This document shows, one piece after another, positions 17,427 to 27,319 of a stretch of 64,000 bases of DNA. Each line of letters begins with the position of its first letter. Within the stretch, counting starts at the first letter, position 1. The position numbers were made by a program, and so were the translations under genes. The stretch is from a virus (lineage: Duplodnaviria; Caudoviricetes): positions 160,001-224,000 of the IMG/VR virus record IMGVR_UViG_3300014208_000024. One strand, written 5' to 3'. The notes under the pieces were generated by a model. That model worked only from the letters and a program-made list of their open reading frames with translations, was not told the DNA's origin and searched no databases.

Positions 17427-18482
17427 TTATTTAACTTGACTTAGTAAATTTATTACTTTGTCATATTGTCCACCAATATAATCCATCTGTTTTTGATGTT
17501 CAGCTTGTGCAGCTGCCTTTTCAGCATTTACTTTATTTTGGTCTTCTGGACCTTGTTGTCCTGCAGAGTTTATATCAGAAACATATTGACCAACTTTTCC
17601 AACAACATTTTGTGCTGCACCTGCAACTTTTCCAGCAACGTTTCCAGCTGCATTTGCAACTTTTCCAGCAACATTACTAACACCTTTTGAAATATCACCA
17701 CCTACTTTTTTTGCTGCTCCTTTTAAGAAACCACCCAAACCTTCTTCTAAACCCTCTATTGTACCAACTTCTTCACCCTCTTCAAGTGTAACAACTGAAG
17801 GATTAGCTCCGCCGATATATTTATATCCAGCTTGAGATAAAATGTTTTGAATTTCTTTATAATCAATTTTACCATTTTGCATTGCCTTAGCTTTCGCCTG
17901 AGATAATAAAGATGTGATCTCTTGTTTTTTTGTTGCAATATCTTGAGATTGTCTTGTTTGTTGATATTGTTGTTGACCAGCTTCTTTTCCAGCCTTTACA
18001 GCCGCTTGTGCTCCAGTTTTAATGGCCTGATAACCTGCTTTTGTTTTATCCCATAAACCTTCATTTAAAGCTCCAACAGCATCTTGAATTTGTGCAAGTT
18101 GAGCTTTTAACTTTTCATTTTCATCCTTCAAAGATTGAATATCATTAATTTCAGAAGAGCTTTCAATTTCATTTTCATCTCCACCAAATTCCTCGATATC
18201 TTTTTCTAATTTTGGAAATTGGTCAAGTTCACAACCGCATTCTTCTCCTTCTGGTTTTTCTTCTTCATAATTTGAAGTAGTAACTAAACCCATAACTGGA
18301 CTTGGGCCTTCATAATTTTTAAAACCATGTCCAAGCATGGCGCCTGGATGTCCATATTCGTTTAATTTTTTAAGTTCTTTATTTATTTTTTGAGCCTCTT
18401 TAAAGAGTTCTTTTTTCCTTTTAATAGTTAAAGCTTCATTTAAGATAGCTTGTAAAATTTCATTCTGGCTAATTTTTTTCAT
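17427..18482 (-). CDS. Hypothetical late protein with amphipathic 11-mer repeats, candidate internal/ejection protein
   Basis: AATATTTATC motif upstream (18504-18513), N-terminus similar to 16610-17374, LNE/LEE sites and G/A/K/V-rich repeats. Confidence 0.65.
   Translation of the reverse strand: MKKISQNEILQAILNEALTIKRKKELFKEAQKINKELKKLNEYGHPGAMLGHGFKNYEGPSPVMGLVTTSNYEEEKPEGEECGCELDQFPKLEKDIEEFGGDENEIESSSEINDIQSLKDENEKLKAQLAQIQDAVGALNEGLWDKTKAGYQAIKTGAQAAVKAGKEAGQQQYQQTRQSQDIATKKQEITSLLSQAKAKAMQNGKIDYKEIQNILSQAGYKYIGGANPSVVTLEEGEEVGTIEGLEEGLGGFLKGAAKKVGGDISKGVSNVAGKVANAAGNVAGKVAGAAQNVVGKVGQYVSDINSAGQQGPEDQNKVNAEKAAAQAEHQKQMDYIGGQYDKVINLLSQVK
17584..17682 (-). repeat. 33-bp (11-aa) coding tandem repeat
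   Basis: SNVAGKVANAA / GNVAGKVAGAA / QNVVGKVGQYV; the DNA unit caacttttcca recurs at a 33-bp period. Boundaries approximate. Confidence 0.75.
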
Positions 18483-18511
18483 AATTCTTAAGAGTTATTT
18501 TTAGATAAATA

Positions 18512-18543
18512 TTTGAAAATTTTGTTTTTTTTTATTATCTTTA
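18512..18543 (+). promoter_or_regulatory. Bacteroidota-type promoter at the start of the glycan island
   Basis: TTTG (18512-18515), 20 nt, TATCTTTA (18536-18543). Confidence 0.55.
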
Positions 18544-18569
18544 CATAAATAGAAAAAAAAACATCAATA

Positions 18570-19370
18570 ATGATAAATTCAATAATTTTTAGTTTTGACA
18601 GAGCCGCTCAATTACACTTACTTTTAGAATCAATTGAAAAAAACGCAAAAAACATTTTTAACATCAGTGTTTTATATAAATCATCTAACGAAGAATTTGA
18701 AAAATCTTATTCTTTATTAGCATCAAGATTTATTAATATAAATTGGGTGCCAGAAACTAATTTTAAAGAACAAACTTTAAAATTATTAGATTCCAATTTA
18801 GATTACACTTGCTTTTTTACAGATGATGATATAATATATAATGGTGTAAAAGAGGAAGAAATCATTGATTGTTTAAAAGATAATGATATTTTTTGTTTTA
18901 GCTTAAGATTAGGATTTAATGTAAATGTTTGCTATTCCATGAAGTGTGAAAATGTTCTTATTCCAGACAAACAAGATCAAAAATTTGTTTGGTGGAACTG
19001 GGTAAAAAGTTATGCAGATTTTGGATATCCTTTATCGGTAGATGGTCACATTTTTAGAACTAAAGAAATTAAAAAATTAATTAGGGCAATAAATTTCCTT
19101 AATCCAAATACTTTAGAAGGGGGTTTACAAATTTTTGATAACTATCCTAAAGAAATTATGGTCGCATATAAAACAAGCTCTTTAGTTAATTCTCCTAATA
19201 ATATTGTTAATGAAACACATCCTAATAGAAAAGGAGAAAAATATAAATTTTTAGCAGAAGAATTAAATGAAATATATTTAAGTGGTAAAATAATAGATTA
19301 TAATTCGATAGATTTTTCTGACATAAAAGGATGTCATCAAGAATTAGATTTTAAATTTAAAAACATATAA
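18570..19370 (+). CDS. GT-A fold glycosyltransferase-like protein
   Basis: IIFSFDRAAQLHLLLESI N-terminus and a CFFTDDDII DxD-type motif. First gene of the glycan island. Confidence 0.65.
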   Translation: MINSIIFSFDRAAQLHLLLESIEKNAKNIFNISVLYKSSNEEFEKSYSLLASRFININWVPETNFKEQTLKLLDSNLDYTCFFTDDDIIYNGVKEEEIIDCLKDNDIFCFSLRLGFNVNVCYSMKCENVLIPDKQDQKFVWWNWVKSYADFGYPLSVDGHIFRTKEIKKLIRAINFLNPNTLEGGLQIFDNYPKEIMVAYKTSSLVNSPNNIVNETHPNRKGEKYKFLAEELNEIYLSGKIIDYNSIDFSDIKGCHQELDFKFKNI

Positions 19371-19371
19371 A

Positions 19372-20172
19372 ATGACCAAAATGTTGTCTCCAATTTTTGT
19401 TTCACCAGGATTTTCATCTGTTGAATATGATAAAAACTTAATTAAAATAATTGTTCCATTTTATAATGCTGAAAATTTTATTGAAAAAAGTATGATGTCC
19501 GCATTAACTCAAAAATATGAAGATTTTAAAGTTATTTTTATTGATGATGCATCAACAGATGGTTCATGGGAAAAGTTGCCACATGATAATGAAAAAGCAA
19601 TATGTATAAGAAATGATGTTAATTTAACCGCATTGCCAAATATACATAAAGCCATAATGGAGTATTGTAACCCAAATGATATTGTTGTTCTTTTAGATGG
19701 AGATGATTGGCTCCCAAATAATAAGGTTCTTCAATATATTAATGAGTTTTATTGTAAAAACGATTGTTGGATAATGTATGGACAAGCAACTTGGAGCAAT
19801 GGTCAAAAGGGGTGTGCTTATGAATATACAGAAGAAGAATTTAATCACTTGAGAAAATCTGCATTTAAGGTTTCTCACATAAGAACTTTTAGAGCTGGAT
19901 TATATCAAAAAATAAAAGAACAAGATTTTAATTTCTCATGTATGAAAGATAAAGATGGAAAGTGGTATAAAATGACATATGATGTGGGAATAATGTTTCC
20001 AATTATGGAAATGGCAGGCTATAATAAAATTAAATATAATGATAAATCACTTTACGTTTATAACTTCGAAAATCCAATCAGTGATCATAGAGTTAACCAA
20101 CAACTACAATGGGATATCCATAAAGAAATATCAAACAAACAACCTTTTAAAAAAATAGAAAGCTATCTATAA
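19372..20172 (+). CDS. Glycosyltransferase family 2
   Basis: IIVPFYNAENFI..., FIDDASTDGS and LLDGDDWL. Confidence 0.9.
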   Translation: MTKMLSPIFVSPGFSSVEYDKNLIKIIVPFYNAENFIEKSMMSALTQKYEDFKVIFIDDASTDGSWEKLPHDNEKAICIRNDVNLTALPNIHKAIMEYCNPNDIVVLLDGDDWLPNNKVLQYINEFYCKNDCWIMYGQATWSNGQKGCAYEYTEEEFNHLRKSAFKVSHIRTFRAGLYQKIKEQDFNFSCMKDKDGKWYKMTYDVGIMFPIMEMAGYNKIKYNDKSLYVYNFENPISDHRVNQQLQWDIHKEISNKQPFKKIESYL

Positions 20173-20915
20173 TGAACAATCATTTTACCATAGCAATAGA
20201 CACTTGTAATCACCAAGATTGGATTGAAAGGTGTTTAAATACGTGTTTAACACAGAAATATGATAATTATGAAGTTATCTTGGTAGATGCGATTTCTAAT
20301 GATAAAACTTTTGAAATTGCAAAAAAATATGAAAAAGAATTTAATATTTTAAAAACTTATCAAAATGAAATTAGAATTCCACAGGTTGCTAATTTTTTGT
20401 GGCTTGCAGAATTATCAAAACCGAAAACTATAATAGTTTCAATAGATGGGGACGATTGGTTAAAAAACAGCAAGGTTCTTCAAAAATTAAACAATGTATA
20501 CAACTCTGGTAATGTTTGGATGACTTATGGCACTTATGAAGAATATCCTTATAGAAGTGTTTCTCATATTTATAAACCTTATCCTGATGATGTTATAAAA
20601 AACAATTCATTTAGAGAATATCAATGGTTGGCATCCCATCTTAGAACTTTTAAAAGAGAGCTTATTTTAAAAATAAATAAAGACGATTGTAAAAGAGAAG
20701 ACGGAGAATGGCTTGACACAGCAGGAGATCAAGCTATAATGCTTCCAATGTTAGAAATGTCAGGAACAAGAAGTAGATATATCTCAGATGTTTTATATAT
20801 TTATAACGTAGCAAATCAACAAAGAGATGGAGCTATTAATGAACCAAGACAAGTGACTCTAGCAAATTATGTTAGGTCAAAGAAAAAATATAATGTAATT
20901 GAAACTTTAGAATAA
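20172..20915 (+). CDS. Glycosyltransferase family 2 (paralog of the preceding gene)
   Basis: LVDAISNDKT, SIDGDDWL and SHLRTFK; extensive motif sharing with 19372-20172. Confidence 0.88.
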   Translation: MNNHFTIAIDTCNHQDWIERCLNTCLTQKYDNYEVILVDAISNDKTFEIAKKYEKEFNILKTYQNEIRIPQVANFLWLAELSKPKTIIVSIDGDDWLKNSKVLQKLNNVYNSGNVWMTYGTYEEYPYRSVSHIYKPYPDDVIKNNSFREYQWLASHLRTFKRELILKINKDDCKREDGEWLDTAGDQAIMLPMLEMSGTRSRYISDVLYIYNVANQQRDGAINEPRQVTLANYVRSKKKYNVIETLE

Positions 20916-21586
20916 TGGTTGTAGGAAATGGAATGTTAGCAAAAGCCTTTAAAATGTACGAAAACAACGGAGATGTTGTTATCTTTGCATCTGGCGTATC
21001 TAATTCTAAAGAAGAAAATATTTTTGAATATAAAAGAGAATTGAGTTTATTGAAAAAATATATAAATTCTAAAAAAATAATTTATTTTAGCACCATTAGT
21101 ATTTTTGATGAAAGTTTAAGTAGATTAAAATATATATCACACAAGTTAGAAGTAGAGAAATTTATAAAAGAAAATTGGCAAAATTATATAATTTTTAGAT
21201 TACCAAACGTTGTTGGAAAATCAGAAAACACAAATACGTCTTTTAATTTTTTTAAAGACAAAATTTTAAAAAATGAAGAAATACAAATACAAAAAAATGC
21301 CATTAGGTATTTTATAGATGTTGATGATTTATCAAATATTTTACCTATCATTATTTCAAAAGAAACTAAAAAAACAATAAATGTTTGTTTTGATAATAAA
21401 ATTTTTATAACTGAAATGATTTTGTTTTTTGAAGAATTATTAAAAATTAAAGCAAAAAAAACACTTATAGAGGGCGGAGAAAATTATGAAATTGATAATT
21501 ATTATTTTATGAATATAGTAAAAGAAAATAATATTATATTTAATAGTGAATATAACAAAAACTTAATTAAAAAATATTTATACTAA
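20915..21586 (+). CDS. NAD-dependent epimerase/dehydratase-like (short SDR)
   Basis: VVGNGMLAKAF Rossmann start, IFASGVSNS, YFSTIS, YISHK (YxxxK-like) and IFRLPNVVG. Confidence 0.75.
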   Translation: MVVGNGMLAKAFKMYENNGDVVIFASGVSNSKEENIFEYKRELSLLKKYINSKKIIYFSTISIFDESLSRLKYISHKLEVEKFIKENWQNYIIFRLPNVVGKSENTNTSFNFFKDKILKNEEIQIQKNAIRYFIDVDDLSNILPIIISKETKKTINVCFDNKIFITEMILFFEELLKIKAKKTLIEGGENYEIDNYYFMNIVKENNIIFNSEYNKNLIKKYLY

Positions 21587-21587
21587 T

Positions 21588-22469
21588 ATGCAAAAACCAT
21601 TTGTTTTTACAGAAGCATATGACTGCGGTTTGATTTTAAAAAAGTGTCTTGAATCATTTTTTAAATACCATCCAGATACAAAAGTTAATGTTTTTGGTAC
21701 TGCCAAAGACTTTAAAGAAGTAGGAAAATTCAAAAACATAGAGTATTTTGAAATGAGCGACGATAATGAACTTAAAGAATGTTTTAAACATGGTCATCTT
21801 GGAACTGCACATATTGGCACCAGGGTAATAAAGGAATTTTCTATTGGACATGACTACATAATTCATTTTGATAGTGATGTTATATTTAGAAAAGAATCTA
21901 TTTCTCTACTTACAAATAAAATAGAAGAAGGATATGATTTAATTGGACCAGTTAGGTGTTATAAAAATAATATGAATGGAAGAAAAGATTTGTCCGAATT
22001 GAAAGATATCACACAAACTTATTTTTATGCATTTAATAAAAATAAAATAAGCCAATATGATTTTAACACACTAAGACAAATGATTGTTGGATATTATAAT
22101 CCACTTAATCATCCAATTTTAGATTACTTTGATCCAGTTGGTTTTGATATTCTAAAAAATGACGGAAAAATATGCTTTTTAAATACAGACGAAGTTGGCG
22201 GATTAACAATAGATGGGAATAGAAAAAACAAATTTGAACAACTAAACAGTGATATGGATTTTGGAGAAAACTTAATGCATTTTGCTGGAGTAGGATCAGG
22301 AATGAAATTTTACTTCAAAGACAAAGGAACGGCACATCAATCATATGTTGATTGGGCAAAATCAAAATTTGCCTTATATTATAAGCTTTTTTATAATACT
22401 GATTTGAAAGATGTTTTAATCGATAATGAAAAATATGAATTACTAAAAAATTATTTAAATTATGAATGA
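21588..22469 (+). CDS. GT-A fold glycosyltransferase-like protein
   Basis: YIIHFDSDVIF DxD motif; island context. Confidence 0.6.
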   Translation: MQKPFVFTEAYDCGLILKKCLESFFKYHPDTKVNVFGTAKDFKEVGKFKNIEYFEMSDDNELKECFKHGHLGTAHIGTRVIKEFSIGHDYIIHFDSDVIFRKESISLLTNKIEEGYDLIGPVRCYKNNMNGRKDLSELKDITQTYFYAFNKNKISQYDFNTLRQMIVGYYNPLNHPILDYFDPVGFDILKNDGKICFLNTDEVGGLTIDGNRKNKFEQLNSDMDFGENLMHFAGVGSGMKFYFKDKGTAHQSYVDWAKSKFALYYKLFYNTDLKDVLIDNEKYELLKNYLNYE

Positions 22470-23346
22470 ATTGATAAATAAAATATTAAGTAAAAAGATA
22501 GATTATGAATATATAAAAAATGAAGATTCACATTTTTTATTATTTGATGAAGACCAGGATTTTGATATAAATGTAATAATTGGAACCAGAGGCAGAAAAG
22601 AGTTTTTAAATCCATTAATAGATAGCTTTAAAGAAGCAATAAAAAATACTGATAAAAAAATTTGTTTAACAATTATTAATCACGCTATTTTTCCAGAACA
22701 CTTAAAATATTGCAAGACAAATAAAATAAATTATATTTGGACAAAAGGAAACGAAGTTGAACAATATAGTAGAAGTTTTGTGTATAATTTTGGAGTAAAA
22801 TATGGAAATCAATCAAAATTTTATTTGCTCCATGATTTAGATATATTAGTAAAGAAAAATTTCTTCAAAGAATTATATAAAAACCTAAAAAATTATAAAT
22901 GTTTACAAACATATGGAAAAAGAAGGGTATTATATTTATCAGAAGAATTAACAAAAAAAATAATTTCTAAAGAAATTGATTATAACAATTTTGATGAAAA
23001 TTCTACAGGAGTTTCTTTGCCAATGTATAATGGTCACCCAGCACTAGGATCAAAAGGAGGTTCTATATTAATTGAAAAGGATCTATTTTTTAATGTTGGA
23101 GGATTTGATCCAGAATTATTTTGGGGATATGCAGCAGAAGATCAATTTTTTTGGGAAAAAGTTAACATTGTTTCGAATGTTGGATTTGCAGACGAACCTT
23201 CAATTGATTTATTTCATATGTGGCATCCCCCATCAGTATCTTCAAACCCTTTATTGTACGATATGGAAAAAGATTGGTTATGTTTTAAAAACATGAATCA
23301 AAATGAAAAAAAAGAAATTATAGAATTAAAAAAACAATTATTTTAA
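22462..23346 (+). CDS. Glycosyltransferase, GT2/GT7-like (galactosyltransferase C-terminal motif)
   Basis: SRSFVYNFGV, LLHDLDILV, GGFDPELFWGYAAEDQFF and LFHMWHP. Confidence 0.8.
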   Translation: MNELINKILSKKIDYEYIKNEDSHFLLFDEDQDFDINVIIGTRGRKEFLNPLIDSFKEAIKNTDKKICLTIINHAIFPEHLKYCKTNKINYIWTKGNEVEQYSRSFVYNFGVKYGNQSKFYLLHDLDILVKKNFFKELYKNLKNYKCLQTYGKRRVLYLSEELTKKIISKEIDYNNFDENSTGVSLPMYNGHPALGSKGGSILIEKDLFFNVGGFDPELFWGYAAEDQFFWEKVNIVSNVGFADEPSIDLFHMWHPPSVSSNPLLYDMEKDWLCFKNMNQNEKKEIIELKKQLF

Positions 23347-23352
23347 ATTATT

Positions 23353-24021
23353 ATGGAATATAATTCAGAAAACAAATTAATCTTAAAAAATGTTACTCTT
23401 ATCGCTGTTTCATCTGTAAAATTAAGTGCCACAATAAAAGCGATAGAACACAGTATAAAAAACATTGAGTTTGGAAGTGTAAAATTAGTTACTGATGCAA
23501 ATTTAACACACGATAAAATAAAAATAGAAAAATGCAATAACATTTTCAGTTTGGATGAATATAGTAGGTTTATGATTTATGACTTAAATAAATATGTAGA
23601 CACAGATTTTGTTATAACAGTACAACATGACGGTTTTGTTGTAAATCCAGATAAATGGAAAAACGAGTTTCTAAATTATGATTATATCGGTGCACCATGG
23701 CCAGATAAGCTTTTTTATGATGATTTTGGAGAAATGATAAGAGTTGGAAATGGCGGATTTAGCTTAAGAAGTAAAAAATTATTAAATATTTTTTTAAAAC
23801 ACAATATTGAATGGCGATCATATAGAAACTATTGGAATGAAGATGGATTTATTTCAATGCACAATCTTCATTTTTTAAGAGATAATGGAGTTAAATTTCC
23901 AGATGTGAATCTTGCATATAAATTTTCAAGAGAATATAATTGTGATGAATTAGATAATTCAATAGAGCCATTTGGGTTTCACAACTACAGAGATAAAAAT
24001 TCACAATATCCTAGATTTTAA
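23353..24021 (+). CDS. DUF5672-family protein (putative glycosyltransferase)
   Basis: TVQHDGFV, FLNYDYIGAPW, VGNGGFSLRSKK, NEDGF and PFGFH. Confidence 0.8.
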   Translation: MEYNSENKLILKNVTLIAVSSVKLSATIKAIEHSIKNIEFGSVKLVTDANLTHDKIKIEKCNNIFSLDEYSRFMIYDLNKYVDTDFVITVQHDGFVVNPDKWKNEFLNYDYIGAPWPDKLFYDDFGEMIRVGNGGFSLRSKKLLNIFLKHNIEWRSYRNYWNEDGFISMHNLHFLRDNGVKFPDVNLAYKFSREYNCDELDNSIEPFGFHNYRDKNSQYPRF

Positions 24022-24045
24022 AATATACTAATTAAAAAACAAAAA

Positions 24046-24780
24046 ATGGAAACTCAAGAATTTAAATATACCGACAGTTATAAAGCAGCTCAAACATATG
24101 AGCTTGCTTGTAATAATGATTTTGTAGAAAAAAACATAGATTGTATTAATGTTTTTAAAAAATTATTTGGTGACATAAAAGAATTTAAAAAAAATGGTTA
24201 TATTACAGATATATCAAAAGGATTTTCTTGGCAAACAATAATTGAAGAATTCTTTAAAGGATCTGTTAGTGATTTTTATGAATTTATAGAAAAAATAAAA
24301 TATAAAAACAATTTAGAAATAGGCTCTGGACCTTGTGGATTATTAAATTCATTATATTGGATTGAAAAAAGGAATATTATAGAACCTTTAATAAAAGAAT
24401 ATAAACAAAAACAAATAGAGTTATATGGTGAAACATTATTTGACAATTCAATTAATTTATATTCACAACCAGCAGAAATAATAATCCAAGAATTAATTAA
24501 TAACATTGATGGAGTTATTATTTGCAGAAATTGTCTTGATCATACTCAAGATTGGAAAATTATTGTAGAAAACATCAGTAAATATGCAGCATTGGGTTCG
24601 TATTTATTACTTTGGACCGATTTGTTTCACATAGGAACAGATGCTGGACATTTTAATATTACAAAGGATAAAAAATATTTTATAGAATATGTACAAAATT
24701 TAGGATATGAAATTATAAATGAATGGGAAATGTCGCAAAGGCAAGGTGTAAACATAGGTTTTATTGCAATAAAAATTTAA
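24046..24780 (+). CDS. Class I SAM-dependent methyltransferase
   Basis: LEIGSGPCG motif I and CRNCLDHT. Confidence 0.75.
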   Translation: METQEFKYTDSYKAAQTYELACNNDFVEKNIDCINVFKKLFGDIKEFKKNGYITDISKGFSWQTIIEEFFKGSVSDFYEFIEKIKYKNNLEIGSGPCGLLNSLYWIEKRNIIEPLIKEYKQKQIELYGETLFDNSINLYSQPAEIIIQELINNIDGVIICRNCLDHTQDWKIIVENISKYAALGSYLLLWTDLFHIGTDAGHFNITKDKKYFIEYVQNLGYEIINEWEMSQRQGVNIGFIAIKI

Positions 24781-24790
24781 TTTTATTAAA

Positions 24791-25825
24791 ATGAAAATAG
24801 CAATAATTGGTGCAGGATTTTATGGTTGTTTTTTAGCAAAAGAATTTTTAAAAAACAACATTGTACATATATATGAAAAGGAATGTGAAATTTTCCCAAA
24901 GCAATCGGCAATACTTAACAATCAGCATAGACTACATAATGGATTTCATTATCCACGATCTTTCGAAACAATTGAACAAGCTATAAGATGTTATATCCCA
25001 TTTTTCGACGAATTTAAAAAATATTGTTATATACCAAACAATAATATTTATTTAATACACAAAAATTCAAAAGTCAACTTTGATGAATATTTAAAAATTT
25101 ATAAAAATTATAATATTTGCTTTGAAGAAATAAATTTAGATAAAATAAAAAAATTAAAAAATAAGGAACAATTTGATGGTGCAATAAGAGTTGGTGAGGG
25201 AATTATAGATACTCATGAGATAAAAAAGTTTTTTGAAAAAATAATATATAAAAACAGTAATTTGAAAATATTTTTTAATAAAACAATAAATGAGTGTGAT
25301 ATCGAAAAAATGAAAGATCAATATGATGTTTTATTAAATTGTTCTTATAATCATTGTAATATAGGATTGAAAAAAAAATTTAATATAAAACACGAACTTT
25401 GTTCTTTATTATTAATTAAAAATTTTTCCAGCAAAAACGATGCATACACAATAATGGATGGAGAATTTGTTTCTATATATCCGACTTTGTTAAATTATCA
25501 CACAATATCATCAGTAACAGAAACTCCTTTTTTAAAATCAAAAAGCGTTGATATAAAAATGACATATCAAGATTTATACAATCACTATATTGAGCATAAT
25601 GTTAAAGAACGCATAATTGAACATACTAAAAAATTTATAGAATTTAAAGAAGATGATGTGTTTGGACAATACTTAACAATAAAAACAAAATTTAATAATG
25701 ACGTTAAAGACAGAAGACGAAATACTCTTATAAAAACTGAAGACAATTACTCAAGTGTATTGTGTGGTAAAATATCTGCGGTTTATGATGTTTTAAGTGA
25801 AATAAAAAAACAATTTAATTTATAA
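24791..25825 (+). CDS. FAD-dependent oxidoreductase
   Basis: MKIAIIGAGFYG, NQHRLHNGFHYPRS, TIMDGEFVSIYP and GKI at the C-terminus. Confidence 0.88.
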   Translation: MKIAIIGAGFYGCFLAKEFLKNNIVHIYEKECEIFPKQSAILNNQHRLHNGFHYPRSFETIEQAIRCYIPFFDEFKKYCYIPNNNIYLIHKNSKVNFDEYLKIYKNYNICFEEINLDKIKKLKNKEQFDGAIRVGEGIIDTHEIKKFFEKIIYKNSNLKIFFNKTINECDIEKMKDQYDVLLNCSYNHCNIGLKKKFNIKHELCSLLLIKNFSSKNDAYTIMDGEFVSIYPTLLNYHTISSVTETPFLKSKSVDIKMTYQDLYNHYIEHNVKERIIEHTKKFIEFKEDDVFGQYLTIKTKFNNDVKDRRRNTLIKTEDNYSSVLCGKISAVYDVLSEIKKQFNL

Positions 25826-25826
25826 A

Positions 25827-26576
25827 ATGGATACTTTAATAGGACATACGGGGTTTATTGGAAAAAACTTTTCTAAAAGATCGAGTTTTAATTTATATAA
25901 CTCAAAGAACATTCACATGTTGTCAGAAAAGCAACATAATGTTATTTTTTGCGCAGCTCCAAGTGCAGAAAAATGGAAAATAAATGTTTCTCCAGAAGAA
26001 GATTTAAATAATATAAATACAATTTTATTAAATCTTAAATCTTCAAGTTTTAAAAAAATAGTATTGTTTTCAACCATAGATGTGTATGATAACACAGTAA
26101 ATTTTGATGAAAGTCATGAGATTTTATCTTGTAATCACAATTATGGTAAAAACAGATTATATTTTGAAAAAGAAATAAAAAAATTTCCAAACTGGATTAT
26201 TATTAGATTACCAGGACTATTTGGAAATGAACTTAAAAAAAATGTAATATTTGATTTGTTAAACGATAACATTTTAGGAAAAATAAATTTAAACGACAGA
26301 TACCAGTGGTATTTTATAGATTGGCTTTTTAATGATGTACAGCTTATTATAAACTCAAAAAATAAAATTTTTAACTTTTTTACAGAACCTGTTGAAAACG
26401 AGATTATAATAAACGATTTTTTTCCATTTCATGACAAATCTTTTTTTATAAAATCTATTCCTTTTAAAAATTATGATTTAAAAACATTAAATAAACAAGG
26501 TGGGTATTTTAAAACAAAACAAGAAGTTCTAGAAAAATTAAATTTATATATAGAAAATGAAAAATCAAAAAAATAA
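25827..26576 (+). CDS. NAD(P)-dependent epimerase/dehydratase-like
   Basis: LIGHTGFIGK, FCAAPSAEKW, VLFSTIDVY, YGKNRL and RLPGLFG. Confidence 0.8.
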   Translation: MDTLIGHTGFIGKNFSKRSSFNLYNSKNIHMLSEKQHNVIFCAAPSAEKWKINVSPEEDLNNINTILLNLKSSSFKKIVLFSTIDVYDNTVNFDESHEILSCNHNYGKNRLYFEKEIKKFPNWIIIRLPGLFGNELKKNVIFDLLNDNILGKINLNDRYQWYFIDWLFNDVQLIINSKNKIFNFFTEPVENEIIINDFFPFHDKSFFIKSIPFKNYDLKTLNKQGGYFKTKQEVLEKLNLYIENEKSKK

Positions 26577-27318
26577 TTTTGGCATATCCAATTTAGCATG
26601 GGATTATAAAAAAAACAAAGAGGTTTTTGAAATTCTTAAATCTTTTAATGTTAAAAATATAGAAGTTGCTCCAACAAAAATTTGTGACTGGGAAAGCGAC
26701 AGTTTTTTTGAGTCTTTGAAAAAATATAAAAAAGAACTCGAAAGTTACGAACTAAGAGTGTGCGGTCTTCAATCGATTTTTTTCAATAAAAACATAAATT
26801 TATTTAAAGAAAATAAAGAGTTTATTAAACATTTTGTTTTAATTATAGATGTGTGTAGACTTTTTAATGCAAAATATATTGTATATGGATCTCCTAAAAC
26901 CAGAAAAATTTCACAAGATGACGACATAAATATATTTATTAACACATTTATTGAATTATCTGAAATTGCTAATGAAATTGACATTTGTATAGAACCAAAT
27001 CCAAAAGAGTATGGGTGCAATTTTATTACAAATATGAAAGAGTGTGAAGAAGTTTTAAAAAAAATTAATAAGTCAAACATTAAATCACACATAGATCTAT
27101 CTTCAATAATTTTAAACAATGAAAATGTTAAAAGTTTTAATTGTGATTTTTACAAAACAGCGCATATATCAAACCCCTATTTAAAAACAATATCAAAAGA
27201 TTTTGATAATTTATATAATGATTTATTTAGTTTAAATTTAAATTTTATTACACTAGAAACAATAGGGGATAATGTTGAAGTTCTGAAAGAACAATTAGAA
27301 ATTTTAAAATTAAAATAA
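26557..27318 (+). CDS. Sugar phosphate isomerase/epimerase (xylose-isomerase-like TIM barrel)
   Basis: GISNLAW, IEVAPTKI, VYGSPKTR, ICIEPNPKEYGCNF, HID and HISNP. Confidence 0.85.
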   Translation: MKNQKNNFGISNLAWDYKKNKEVFEILKSFNVKNIEVAPTKICDWESDSFFESLKKYKKELESYELRVCGLQSIFFNKNINLFKENKEFIKHFVLIIDVCRLFNAKYIVYGSPKTRKISQDDDINIFINTFIELSEIANEIDICIEPNPKEYGCNFITNMKECEEVLKKINKSNIKSHIDLSSIILNNENVKSFNCDFYKTAHISNPYLKTISKDFDNLYNDLFSLNLNFITLETIGDNVEVLKEQLEILKLK

Positions 27319-27319
27319 A

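Noticed and set aside
1988-18551. Canonical T4 late promoters TATAAATA read on the + strand
   Set aside because: They point away from the adjacent genes. The orientation consistently matches TATTTATA on the coding strand, including for + strand genes.
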